Shown: piece by piece, positions 25,201 through 37,325 of the stretch | Layout of the letters: the number at the start of each line of letters is the position of its first letter | How positions within the stretch are numbered: position 1 is the stretch's first letter | Source: Takakia lepidozioides | Lineage: Eukaryota > Plantae > Bryophyta | Direction of reading: 5' to 3' | DNA length: 64,000 nt | Assembly (NCBI GenBank): GCA_030704615.1 | Contig: CM060731.1 | Span: 16,740,001-16,804,000 of the forward strand | Program-made: the position numbers and the translations under genes | Notes under the pieces: generated by a model | Told to the model about the DNA's origin: nothing | The model's database searches: none | The model's input: only the letters and a program-made list of their open reading frames with translations

Positions 25201-28200
25201 ATGAATCTCGGAGGCGGGGCATCTAATGTGGATCTCTCAGAAGCTGCACGGTTGCTAAAGCAGAGCACAGGGGGGGGTGGGGTTCCAAATCAGGCAGCCA
25301 TGCAGCCACCGCCTCTTTCTATGATGATGCAGCAAGCGGTGGCAATGCAGCAGTTCCAGTTTCAACAGGCATTGCTGATGCAGCAGGTTAGATTGTCACT
25401 CATTTCCTTCTCCTGAAGGGCCATTGCGTTCATGGCCGTTGACGTCCGTCGTACATGTATTCCTGCCATATCATTTTCTTTTCATTGATCTTGCCGCTGG
25501 AGGCAAAGTTCAAGCCTATACGTAGTATGGAAATTTTCATTTTTATCCGGCTCAAGCGCACAGTATGCCTGGAGGATGCTTAGGTGGTGCAGAGTAGCTT
25601 TCTCTTCCGGTGGGAGAGCTCCACTACAGTTGTTTTTGTAGTCTTACGTTTCTACTCTGGCGTGCAATTGTTACGAAAGAAACTACCCTCTGATGGATAC
25701 ATGTTTCAAAACTCTTATCTGGGACGTAAGTTAACTTATCTTTATAACTATGTGCAGGTGATGGCTACTCAACAGGCTGCCGCACGGGCAGCCACTGTAA
25801 AATCTGCGGCAGAAATAGCTTCTGCTAGGGCAGCCGAAATTAGTAAGCAGCTGAAGGGGAGCGATGCAGAGGGGGATGAGGAGAAGAAAAGCCCGGGGAG
25901 GTAATATCTGCCCTTGTCTGTAAAGGGTCCCTTCTCTCTACGATCGTACCTAAGTTTATGTCTAGTTTCGTCCAGTCTTCCTGTGAAAGAGGTGGCTGCT
26001 ATGTATTTCTCCAAATGGTTATGGTTTTGGGGATTGGGTCCAGATTGTCACATACTTGGCTTCATTCGCCTCTGTATGTGAACTTTGTGAAATGGAGTTT
26101 GGGGATCCTTTGTGAGTACAATATGTACTCAACTTGTATTCACACTGATGCTGCAGGGAGAATCATTGTAGTCAAAGGTTATGGTCTTAGGGTTGGTGGA
26201 GGGTGCAGCAGCCAAATAGCTGCCTCAAGCTCAGGAAATTCTGTTCATTTCCCTGGCTTATTGCGGAGATTGTATGTTGACCAGCCTCCCCTCTACCCCA
26301 TTGGCCCTTTTCTTGGGCCATATATCATCTCTTGAAGGAGGATGGCAAATAATGCTAAAGGACTATGGTCGAAATTCATGGAGGTTGCAGGCATAGTCCT
26401 GTTGTAAGGAAGCCCTCCTAAATATGTGCTGGCACTTGATGGCATCTTACTCTCTTAATTCTGATTTTTATGAAGAGTATCAAGTCCCTTCGGTGTTGTC
26501 TCCATCATGTCTCATACTAAGTATGCATGCTGGATGATTATCAGATAACTTCATCACTCTAAAGTTTCTGGAGCGTTCTGCCTAGATGTGCATAGACTGG
26601 GGCTGGGGGGTTAAATGGGAGTTGAATATTGGTGTTGAGTCATCATGGACTTCTGATGATCTGTGGTTGTTTTTGCAGACTACTGAGTGAAAACATTTAT
26701 AGCAGGTCCATAGACTGAGTTGTATGGTCGGACAGGTTTCATGGCCAAGATGCAGCCTCTCTTTGGATGACAGATTGGTAGCTGTTTAGTATCACATTTT
26801 GATGCCAAATTATTCATCTGCTTCTCAATACCTAGAGCAGCAGTTTTGTTAGTCTCAAGTGGTTTAAATGTTCTGGTTGTCAAACAGATCTAAGTCTCGG
26901 TCTGCTTCTCGGTCTCCATCCCACTCGCGGTCTAAGTCTCGCTCTCCAATTCGATACCGCAGAGACCGGTCAGCCTCCCGCTCACCAATCCGCTACCGAC
27001 GGGATGCTCGCTTATCACCACCACGCTCTAGAGACTACTACAGCTATCGCAGCCGCAGTAGGCGTGGTTATTACCGAGGCCGTGGGGACTATTCTTGGAA
27101 TCCCTCCTTTAGGCGTGACTGGGACCGTGACAGAGAGAGGGATCACTACTCTCGCAGCTCTCGCCGAAGCAGAAGCCGAAGCAGAAGTCGAGTGAGGCGC
27201 CGGTCTCGCACACATTCTCGGTCACCCCGGGGTCGCAGGGATAGAAGCGTGACTCCACCCAGGTACCACAGAGATGATCGTAGGTTTGGACGCAGTGTCA
27301 GACGTTCGAGATCCAGGGAGGTAAAGCCCAGTCCATCCCACAGCAGCAGGAGCCTTAGTGAAAGTCCACGTGGGAGAGAAAGTAGCCGGAGCCCTCCAAG
27401 GAAGGGGAGAGAGTTTGGGAGCAGTGGGGGCCTTCGGAAAGGTCACAGCCTTAGCCCAGTCATAAGGGGTGGAAGACGGGCCTCAAGCGGTAGCCCTGCA
27501 CAAGAAGATCAAAGTGACAGGCTAGAGAGAGAGGACAAAAGCGAGAGCAAAGGAGCAGATGCAGGAATCATGAAAAAGGCTGGGAAAGCTGGAATCTCCA
27601 TGTCCTCGCCAAGGTCCCTTTCTGTGTCTCTCTCCCCCAAGGGAAGATCTCCCCGGAAACTCTCAGAGGCTGATGAAGATGAAAATGGGTTGAGTGGATT
27701 GAAAAAAAGCTTAGGCCCAGATACAGGGAAGTCTGAGGGTGGAATCGGTTTGGTTGAGAAAGCTCAAGGTACATTGACAGGAACTAGAGCCAGGGTGTCC
27801 AGTACTGATGGTTTCAGTGAACAGGAGAATGGCAGCAAGGGGGGATTTAAGGCTAAAGGGGGAGAGTTCATTGGAAGGCAGGGCCGGCAGATGAGAAGAG
27901 AAGATAGTGGAAAAGCAGGCCTGTATGGTGATGATGATAGCGACGAGGACAAAGAGCTGGATGATTGGCGTGACGACATCAAAGCACATGAGAGGGATAG
28001 GTTGAAGCGTAAAGAGACTAAATTGGAGGCTGAGAGGAGGGTGGATGAGGAGAAGAGGGGTGTGAAGGGGCACATTGCAGGTGCCCAAGAGGTTGGGCGA
28101 GCTGCAGTTCTCCCACAGGGGCAAATTGTCAAGGGAAATGAGGAGGTCAGCTTCTTGCAAATAGATCCACTGGACAATTTTGGTCCCGATGCCAAAGCCA

Positions 28201-29484
28201 CAGGAGGGATCGAATCAAAAAAGTTCGAGTTCAGAAAACTCAAGGACAGAGACTTCGATGTGAGTGAGGAGGTACGGGGTGATGAACATAGAAGTAAAAA
28301 GGGAAGTGAGGGTGATGGAGAAAAAGACAGGGAGATGTTGGATATTGCAGATGAGGGTAGAGGAGAACAGGTGAAGACTGCTGGTAAGGTTGAGGAATAT
28401 AAGAGGGAAAAAGAAGCGTCTGTAATTTTTGAGGGCCCAAAGCTTGCTCATGAAGTAACCGTTGAGATGAAAGAGGGTGGAACAGCTGGAAAGTTCGATA
28501 ATATCAAAGAACTGAACTTTAAGGGAGGCAAGAATGCCAGGGGCAACAAGGATGATGATGAGGAGGTGGGTGCTCAGCATTCGGAACTGTTAGATGAAGA
28601 GGAGATTCCTGGCTTCAAGGTAAAAGAGAAGTCAAAATCAAGAGAGAGAACTAAAAGGCACGACAATGACGCAGAGCGCGACAGACGCAAGGACCGCCAC
28701 CGGAAGCATAGAAGGAAACACAGGTTAATCTAATAACACACTTCACAAGTAGTGTTCTCCAGTTTCATAAATCATGCAATACTGTGCCCCCTCCAACCTA
28801 TCTTCGGATAGGGATCATCATAGAAGAGCCCTGGGCAAACTCTCCTTGGGAACGGAAAGTTGGTATTTTATGCTATGATAATTCTTTCTCACCCTTCTTG
28901 TGCCAGCTTCTGTACTGCCAAAGGGTTAACTGAATTCCACGTGTTATTACCTGACTTGTTCTGCAAAAATTCCTGAATGCCGACTTGGGGATTGGACAGG
29001 TTGCGTTCCATCTCTTGATGTTTGTCGCCGATAGATATCTTGGCCCCTAGGTCCAAAGATGTGGTTCCGTATCCTATTTGAGTTCCAGGTTGTACCAGTA
29101 AGCTTCAGGGTTCTAGTTCTGATCCTGTTTGTCTTTTTACCATTGTGAAGGCGTGGTGAGGAGGAGAATGAGAAAGAGGATAATGAGGAGGATGAGGACA
29201 AGGAAGATGCTGAGGGACGCAAGGACAAGGAAGAACGCCGCCACCGTAGAAAGCACCGCAGTCGGGACACCGCTGAACGGGACAGGAAAAAACGCAAGCA
29301 TAAGCATCATGGGAGGTCGGCATCAGAGTCGCCCGGAAAGGATTCACCAATAGTTGAAGTGGAGGGAGGGCAACACATAGCTGAGGCAGATAGCCCTGTG
29401 CGGAAGAAGAGCTCAGGCTCCCACGGCAAACGGAGGAGGGAGCCCTCAAAATCACCTGCCCATAGTGGAAGCACAAGCGAGTGA
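25201..29484 (+). CDS. Ser/Arg-rich nuclear protein resembling the C-terminal half of AT3G23900-type (filamin-CCCH-RRM-RS) proteins, apparently lacking the RRM
   Basis: Exons 25201-25386, 25758-25880, 26888-28723, 29151-29484 (GT-AG, phase-compatible). Motif MMQQAVAMQQFQFQQALLMQQ..QQAAARAATVKSAAEIASARAAEISKQLK, then SRSKSRSPIRYRR, a long RS domain and a charged tail. Confidence 0.85.
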
Positions 29485-31649
29485 CCCACTCGGGCAGTGA
29501 GGTTTCTCAATGATGGATTGCTGCGATGGGACAATCACCTTTGGACCTCAGTGCTAGTGTGATTTCTTAAATGGATATATACGTGCATATTTTGTAGCTA
29601 AAACTGGTCATACCCATGTCCTGCGTGCCCGTGCAGAATTTTGGCTTGGGAGTTGGAGCTATGGAGAGGACAACATAAGAGATCAGTGGGGTTGGCTTTG
29701 GCCTCCGCCTCCGTCACCACCTGTTGCAGAGACGGAGGGAGGGTTAAAGGGTGGGAAGGCTGTGGTCAGGCTTTGTGGTGCGGGTTCTTTTGTTTTGCAG
29801 GCTGAGCATGAGAGCCCTGAATTGGTTGATTACAAAGGCTCGTGAGCTGTCAACTATGGCCTGTCTTTCACTCCATAGGTAGCTGCTGGACTGAGTAACT
29901 CATGGTGTCCCAAACCCTGTCTGTTTAGGGCCATTTCCCTCATGAATGAAGTTTTTACATCACTTGATGAGGGACATATAGGAGACTCTTTGGCATTATT
30001 TCATAGCTCTGGGGTATTCTGTCATCAATTATTCCTTTTTATCTGTCATTTCTTGTCTTTCCTGAGATGTGGTTCGGAAGTACTTGCATCCAGGGCTTCC
30101 ATGCAAGCACCCATGTTACTGGCTTTGATGTGGGGTTCTAGATGATGGGTAGCCTGGGAGAATTCAAGAGCAATGGCTATCTGGGGATGCATGCATGGAA
30201 GCCATTTCTACAATGGGGGCTATGCGGTTATTTTGCGTGTCTTTGATTCACAAGCATGATCGCCAGTTTCAAAGTTTTAGCTTAGCAATGGGGGGCTGCT
30301 GACTTCTTGGCATTGATGTGCCTTCTCCAAGTCACAAAAGCCTAGCTTAACCTATCTTGTATGTGGGCTGTGGCCTTGCCTGGCAATGGGCGGGCGGTTG
30401 GGAATGGGGTTGTGGAATCCAGGACAGAACTTATAAGCAACTGTATTAACATCATCCATACAGGGGGAAAGTCAAGGATGTTTGGTAAGTTTGCCCTCCT
30501 AGGCTGCATAGGCCAACTGAAACTTCAGACCGCCCTTCTGCATCGTTCTACACCATCGTCTGGCATTTCATAGTTCGGAGCACTATGTACCAATGCTTGT
30601 CCAAGAGCAGTTTCTTGTGTTAGATAGTGGTATCTCAGTATCTGTTGCTTAAGCTATGAGCTTTGCTCATAAACTAAATTGTCACAATGCACTGAGGGGC
30701 TGAAGGGTGCCAGCAGAGGTTGAAAATTTGAACTTCTGACTATCACCTTCTCATGCACACTCTATAAGAATTAGATGTTTTGTAGGATTTGGTCACCCAA
30801 TAGTTGGGTGTTGTATATTAGTCAGGCTTCTGGACATTGTATGGAAGGGAGGTTTTATCCAAAATGCCTGAGAGAGCTGCTTTTAAACCACGGCCGAATG
30901 TATAGTAAGCCATGGCAGAGCTTTGTATGCACGTGTTCTCATGCTTTGCAATTTTTTGACACTATTGTTGAGAGCGTGTTTTAAATCGTATGGTTTGTTG
31001 TCTTGGCTATATTAGAGGCCGGGTCGCTTATTCTGGCACAGTCCAGGTAAATTATGCGCACCTTGGCAGAAGTTCATAACTTTGTTGGTCTTTTCACTGA
31101 AACATTACACCCAAGGCTTTTATTTGTAAGGATTGCACTTGTTTCTGAACAATGTTTGACAGTTATTGGTGGGAGTGTACATTCTTAGTACATCGGGTTA
31201 GAGCTGCAGATTAAGAGAGCTCTTCCCCCTGGGATCCTCTACACACCAGATCTGATGAGACATCTTGAAGAGAACCATCCCACATAAACTTGTATGTGCT
31301 TATAGCACAGCTACTGCCTAGTAACTCCATAGGAAAATAATGGAGTACATGAGGCCAAGAATTTCAAAAAGTCCATGAGTAGGTGTTAGAGTGTGGTCTC
31401 CTCGTCTGATGGGCTCAAGTAGCCCAGTTAGTAAATGAATGCCTCAAGCTGTCACTGGAGCAGTGATATTGTAGCACATGGGTATGGGGTTTGTTTTTTG
31501 GGGGAGTTTTGTTTGACGTTCTTGTACCGTATTTGAAGTTTAGTAGAGTGACTCTTGGATGAAGTGTGGATGTTGAACATGTCTTGAATGATTGATACTT
31601 GATACTTGATACTTATATATATATGTAGAGTGAGATCAAAAGGGAGACA

Positions 31650-31745
31650 GGTGGGGACACCTTGGGAAAAGGAAGAAGATGATACCACACATTCTTAGGT
31701 CGCACTTGGGTGGCAATCAGTGCTCTATCCATTTGAGCTACCGAC
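31650..31745 (-). mobile_element. Second, more decayed copy of the tRNA-derived SINE
   Basis: gggacacc..gggaa..ggaagaaga..ataccacac and cagtgc...cca..tgagctac match 16811-16920. Minus-strand A-box GTAGCTCAAATGG. Confidence 0.55.
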
Positions 31746-31839
31746 TTGTGGTATAAATACATTTTTGTTTCTCCATGTAGAGATGGATGTCTTGGTTATA
31801 TATATGTATGACTCCAACTGGAGTTCGTGTAAATAACTT

Positions 31840-31946
31840 AAGAGAATCTTCCGCTTGCTGGTAGTAGGTACTCTTGGTTATAACTTATGGGTGCAAATAA
31901 GAGCATCTTCCCCTTGCCGGTACTCTTCGTTATAATTTATGGGTGC
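31840..31946. repeat. Short tandem duplication (~59-bp period, x2)
   Basis: aagag.atcttcc.cttgc.ggta...ctctt.gttataa.ttatgggtgc occurs twice. Confidence 0.7.
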
Positions 31947-33936
31947 GCTTACGATTGCGTGTCAGTAATTGATGGTCACAAACGGAACCCACGGATGGAA
32001 GTGAGTACCTAGTCAACATCCATTTTCAACTCTGTGGAACCCATACCGTGTAAACCGATGGCTGGATGCACACTGTGAATGGGGTAGTGAGAGTGAATAG
32101 AATGAGGTCATTACTTAGTCAATCAGAATTTCTAACAATGGATGTCCTGTGTTGATAAAGCAACCATTGCCGTGGCTGAGATTCTCAGCCCAGTTGAGAA
32201 ATACGTTGACGTGATCCACTAGATCCATGTGTTGAGCTTCATCACATTTGAGATGATGGGTACCATCCGTCCGCTTCACATTGACTTGAACAGAGAGAGA
32301 TCTTGACTGGGTACTGGAGTGATGACGAGGAATCGGCTGTGGAGCAATCCAACCGCAACCGTCAACACAGTACCTATCTGCACATAGGATCAATTTGACT
32401 TTTGGTAACAAGGAGGTTGGTTGGACTCATTCATGCATGTTGCTCGTGCCTCATTTTTACATGCTCGCTTCCAGCACTGATCAACTCTGTTTTTGTCCCA
32501 TGCGCTACCAACATGTCATGGACAACAGTTGTGTCAGTGAGAGAAGCCAAAGGCGATCAAGTAGACCTCATAGCTTGGAGATTGTCAGAGGAGCTAAAAG
32601 TAGGTATGTACGTTCTGCAAGTTTACAACAAGAAGCTGGTTGCTTACTATCTAGGCCATGCCATCTGTTTCTACAGTCATTAGAGATGGAGTGATGAAAG
32701 AACTCCTTGTTTTTAGACACCAGTTCTTAAAACTGCTACTCATGACCACACGATTCATAACTTTGCTGTTGAGCATGTCTTTATCTCGTGTTTGGCTCTA
32801 CATACTCGCGAGTAGGTAGCTCCAGAAACAGTTCGTGGCTGGGTTATTTCCAACATGAGGCATTTCCTTAGGGTTTAAAGAGCCTTCAAGATTATTGAGC
32901 CGAGTCAGGTTCTTGTCCCCCATCACGTCCCATTAAACACCAAACACGAGCTGCCCCTCGAGGCACATTCAAACGGTATTTAAGTCTTGCAGTACATACC
33001 TACTAGGCTACGGTAGTCGGGCATACCATTTTTTCACTGTATCATCCCATAAACTCATCAACATTCTCACCTCCACAAGCTTGCTCGGTTTTGCAGCGGA
33101 GACATGGACGTTCTACGAGAAAAAATCGAGAAGCCAGCTTCGAATCCCAGCAGCTCTTGTTTTTTGCACCGTCTCCTAGGATCTCATCAGGCAATGGGCA
33201 TCCATGAAGCTTGAAGGCGCGCTCTACAAAGGGTCACAGACTGTCAAACTGTTGTCACATCATCACTCAATGCCCGAGATCGCGGAGGCAGTGCTACTGG
33301 TCGATTTGCTGCAGTCTTTGACTAGATTCTCTTGAACGTGGAAGGAATCGGGAGAGATGACGGTTAGGGAGGAGGAAGACTCGGCTTCCTCGGGACTCTC
33401 TGTACAGTGTAGTAAGTAGTAAACTGACCATTTTTGTTCAACAAAACCGGGTCCGAAGTTAATTACGTTTGACCAGACCGGGGGGCAGGGAGAAAAAAAA
33501 AACAAAAGCGGCTCGGGCAGCTAAAATGCCGGCCCGGGCGGCAAGGCAGGGCGAAGAGACTGATCTCCGGGTTGATAGCTTAGTTAGGAAGACGGTGCAA
33601 AATTGGGGAGGAAGGAAATATGTAGAGCGGCACTGCAGACTAGGTCTGCGCCGATGAGGGATGGAGTCGTGAAGCCCTGGCGGGGCTGCTTCTTTTGAGA
33701 TGTTGGGTTGCAGAGCAGGAGGGGGAAGGATGCGTTGTGGTGGAGAGTAGGCAGACGAGAATATGTTTTTTAGGAGTGTTGTGCTTCCGTGGTGGGATGT
33801 GGGTGGTGCCTGTGTGCTGGTGCTGCTCTGTTTGCATAGCTAGGCTGCTCCTGTTTTAAACTGGGCTTTTGCCCATGATTAATCCCCTAAAATTGGGAGA
33901 TTGAACGGCAGTGGGTGGGAATGCTCTGTTGCAACT

Positions 33937-36900
33937 ATGATGGCCGTTTGTGGAGCTTCATCGGTGCTCAGTCTGGCCCCCTTTCAGTATGACTGGATGG
34001 ACCCTTGCTCTAGCACATTTCTTGGGGTTTTGCAAAGCAGTCTTTTGTCTTGTCGGATCACCAAGCTGGAAAGTGAAGCGTCTTCTTGTCTGTCGGCGAC
34101 CATGGGTAATCCAAATGAGCCGGAGGATTCAGGAGCATCACAGCCTCCGCCTCGGAATACTGGGGATGCCAGACTAGTGCAGGCTGCCCAAATTTCAGCG
34201 CCTGGATCCCTAGAGCTTTCAATTTCTAGTTTTAATGACGCACAAGGATCAGGAGGTCTCAGCCAACAGCGAATGGGTGCAAATAATAGTGGCATCGAAC
34301 AGCAGGGGTCCACACTCAGGGTAGTTAGTGTGTTGAAGGAAGAAGGATTAGAATGTTCTGCTGATATAGGAGTGAAGCAGGAGAAATTTTCATGGGCTGA
34401 GAGTGCATCAGCAGGCCCCCCCAAAAAGCGGGCTCGGATGGAAAATACCTTGGGGTTCAGTTTAGACGAAAGGTTACCCAGCGGAGAGCTTGGGGACTCG
34501 TTACGCAGGCTTTCGTCAGACGTAGTTGTTTCACAGGATATGGCAGGAAGACATATGGTCCCAAATCTCTTTTCGGGGAGGGAATCAGGTGCGAACCCAA
34601 GCATTCAAGCAGGTACACAATCTGCCAAGGCAGGACAACAGCTATGGTGGCTTACGCAGGGTTCAGCTGGCCCCTTACTAGTCCACCAGTCTGATCAATC
34701 ACCATCAGCTATCAAGGATCTACATTTGGAAGGGAGGGGAGGAAGAGGGGAAATGGGGGATGCTCCCTTGGATGGAAAGAGAGGAAGAGGGCAATTGGGA
34801 GACCTGCATTCCGATGCAAGAGGGTGTGGAGGAGGGGAGCTAAGTTCTCTGAGGGAGAGAGACTCTCCTTTCAAGTCACCCACATATCACCCTCACATGC
34901 TGAGTAGCTTAGAAAACAAACAAGACCCTGCAGCTTCCCATATGATTATTTCTTCACCCGGGGGTGAATGGCTCCAGAGGTCTACAAAGGCTTTAAGTAC
35001 GTCGGAGCACCCTTCTAAAGATTCGGCACCTAGCAGATTAGGTAGCAGCAATGTGACTGCAAGTGAGGAGGCACTGTCCAGGGCAGCTAGTACATCCTAC
35101 AGCAGAAGTGGGACAGTGCATGAAATCAGTGACTTTTTGGGACAGGGAACACACCATTCACTACAGCTAAAGAATAGTGGCTTGCTAGAAAGGCAGCCCA
35201 CCCCCTCGGAAGCTGCTCAACTTACAGGATCGGACATGAAGACAGGGTTCAGAAGGGTGCCACCTGGCTTGCAGCTTCCTGAAGGCAGCTCTCAAGAGGA
35301 TGCCAACACCAACTTTTATGCACGGATTGTAGGGGTTATGCCTTCAGAGATGGGTGCCCAACAAGTTCCTGCCGTAGGTGGTTTCTCTCAGTCTGGAGGC
35401 TTTGTTCCCACCCTCAGTTGGGACCGGCTTCATTCAACAGCGAGCATTGGACAAATGCAGGCTGGGCAGGTACATCCACCTTTTCTTGAGGACCATCTGC
35501 CACAGGGGTTGAATCTGCAGCATGTTACAAATGAGACAGTAGTTCGTAATCTGTTAGCAAACACGCAATCAGGCATCCACATTCCTTCTTTCATGGACTC
35601 CATGCGACCAGCAGATGCCTTGCGACCTGACTTCAGCTCTCTGGAGCTTTTGCAGTTGATACAGAGATCTTCAGAGCGCTACCCTAGGCATGGGGTCCCC
35701 CAAGGGGTTGGCAATCCTCCCTTAGATACTGGGTTCCATAGTGCTCCTGCTACGTCACAATTTGGGTTGCTCCCCACTGAGTTAAACCTGTCTCTGCCAG
35801 CACAAGCAGGCCACACAGCATTTCGACGTTCGCCATCATCTATGCAGGAGGTATTGTCTCCACCTCAAGGCTCTCTCCATGTTTCGAGCCAACAAAGGCA
35901 CAGGACATTGAGTAGGACATTGAGTAGTGCTGGGGCACCAGCAGGGCCAGATCTGCCCGGAGACCTCGTGTTCCCTAATTCTTTGCAACTTGATTTATCA
36001 TTCCCAGGCCGGGAGGTGCCTCCGTCAGTAACTGCTGTTATGGAAGGTCGGTCAATTGGGCAAAGGATCTGCCTTTATGAGTACAACAGCTATGAAAGCT
36101 TTGCACGGGCTATGCGAGGAATGTTTGAGGATAATGTCTCACCAGCAGATCTTGCCGCTACTGGGCAAAATTTACATCTTGCAAATGCTGTTCCAGGCTA
36201 CGTGATTGCTTATGAAGACGATGAAGGGGACCTTCTCCTTGCTGGCGACTTGACTTGGAGGTGGAGCTCCTTAACAACCTCTTCCCTTTACTAATCAAAG
36301 GACCAGTGGGGTGGAAGGGGGCTCTTTGTTTAATATTTGATGACATAACCAACCTCTGTATTGGCCTGTTATGGACTACTGTCAACCACATTGTTGAAGT
36401 ACTAGTCCAAGCATGGATAGAAAACTCATCTGTAAATGTTTCTGAAGGGGAACCTTGGCTAGGGGAACCCCGGTGGACTTCTCCCGTTGATTGGTCAGTC
36501 ATCTGAAGGGAGAGCAATGATACGATTCTCAAAAAAATTCTAGGAACATTAGAAGGATCAAGTTCTAGGTATCAATGGTATAAACTAGGGTTTATTTCTG
36601 CTGTAGGTATCACGACACTGATGTAGGTTTCTCATTATTCCTAAATGGGGATCTCAAAGCCCGGATTTACCCACAGGGATTCCTGTGTACTTATTGCCAT
36701 CACACTGGCTTTTGTCAGTGTCATCTCTCTCCCTCCATGAAGTGTGGATTTCATAGTCAGTGACTTGCATGATGATTGCCAGACTGAAAAATCTAGGGAA
36801 GCCTAGTGATTGTATATTCTGTTGTGGCTGACCCGCATATTTACAGGGAATTTGTGCGGGCAGCAAAGCGGATAAGGATTGTGTCAGCCTCAAAGAGTTC

Positions 36901-37325
36901 CCGGCCAAATGTTACTACAGGTGCTTTGAAGATCCACTCTGTTCCATTCCTCACTCAGATTTTATTGCGATACCTGGATTCTTATGGATGTTTTGTGCAC
37001 TAATGTGTGGGATGTAGGATGGCACTCTCGGGCAATTGACTTATTGTCTGCCATCCTTTCACTTGTAGATATCAACTTTTCATCTTGCCTTAGTAGTATG
37101 ATCTAAGTTAACCTAGCACAATATCATAGTAACTTTCCATTTCCACATCTTCACTTGAAGTATCATCCAGATCGGAATTATAATGTTCTGTATGTGTGGT
37201 GAGTGTTTCACTTTGTCTGCTCCCTACTCTCAGCGGATTTCCCCCGTGCGTTTAACACATCATAAATCTTTTAGCCTTTTCTGATGCAGACGGATCTTGT
37301 TCTGTTTGCAGGTCCCTCCTCATGA
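33937..37325 (+). CDS. IAA33: Non-canonical Aux/IAA (IAA33-type PB1 domain) with a long low-complexity N-terminal extension
   Basis: C-terminal VPPSVTAVMEGRSIGQRICL..SYESFARAMRGMF..LHLANAVPGYVIAYEDDEGDLLLAGDLTWREFVRAAKRIRI matches the IAA33 PB1 signature. No GWPP degron. Exons 33937 (or the ATG at 34102, better context)-36260, 36847-36920, 37312-37325; the last exon is inferred. Confidence 0.88.

Noticed and set aside
27004-28580. Multiple antisense and alternate-frame ORFs over the SR-rich exon (and similar ones over other long exons)
   Set aside because: These are shadow ORFs of low-complexity coding sequence, with no independent motifs.
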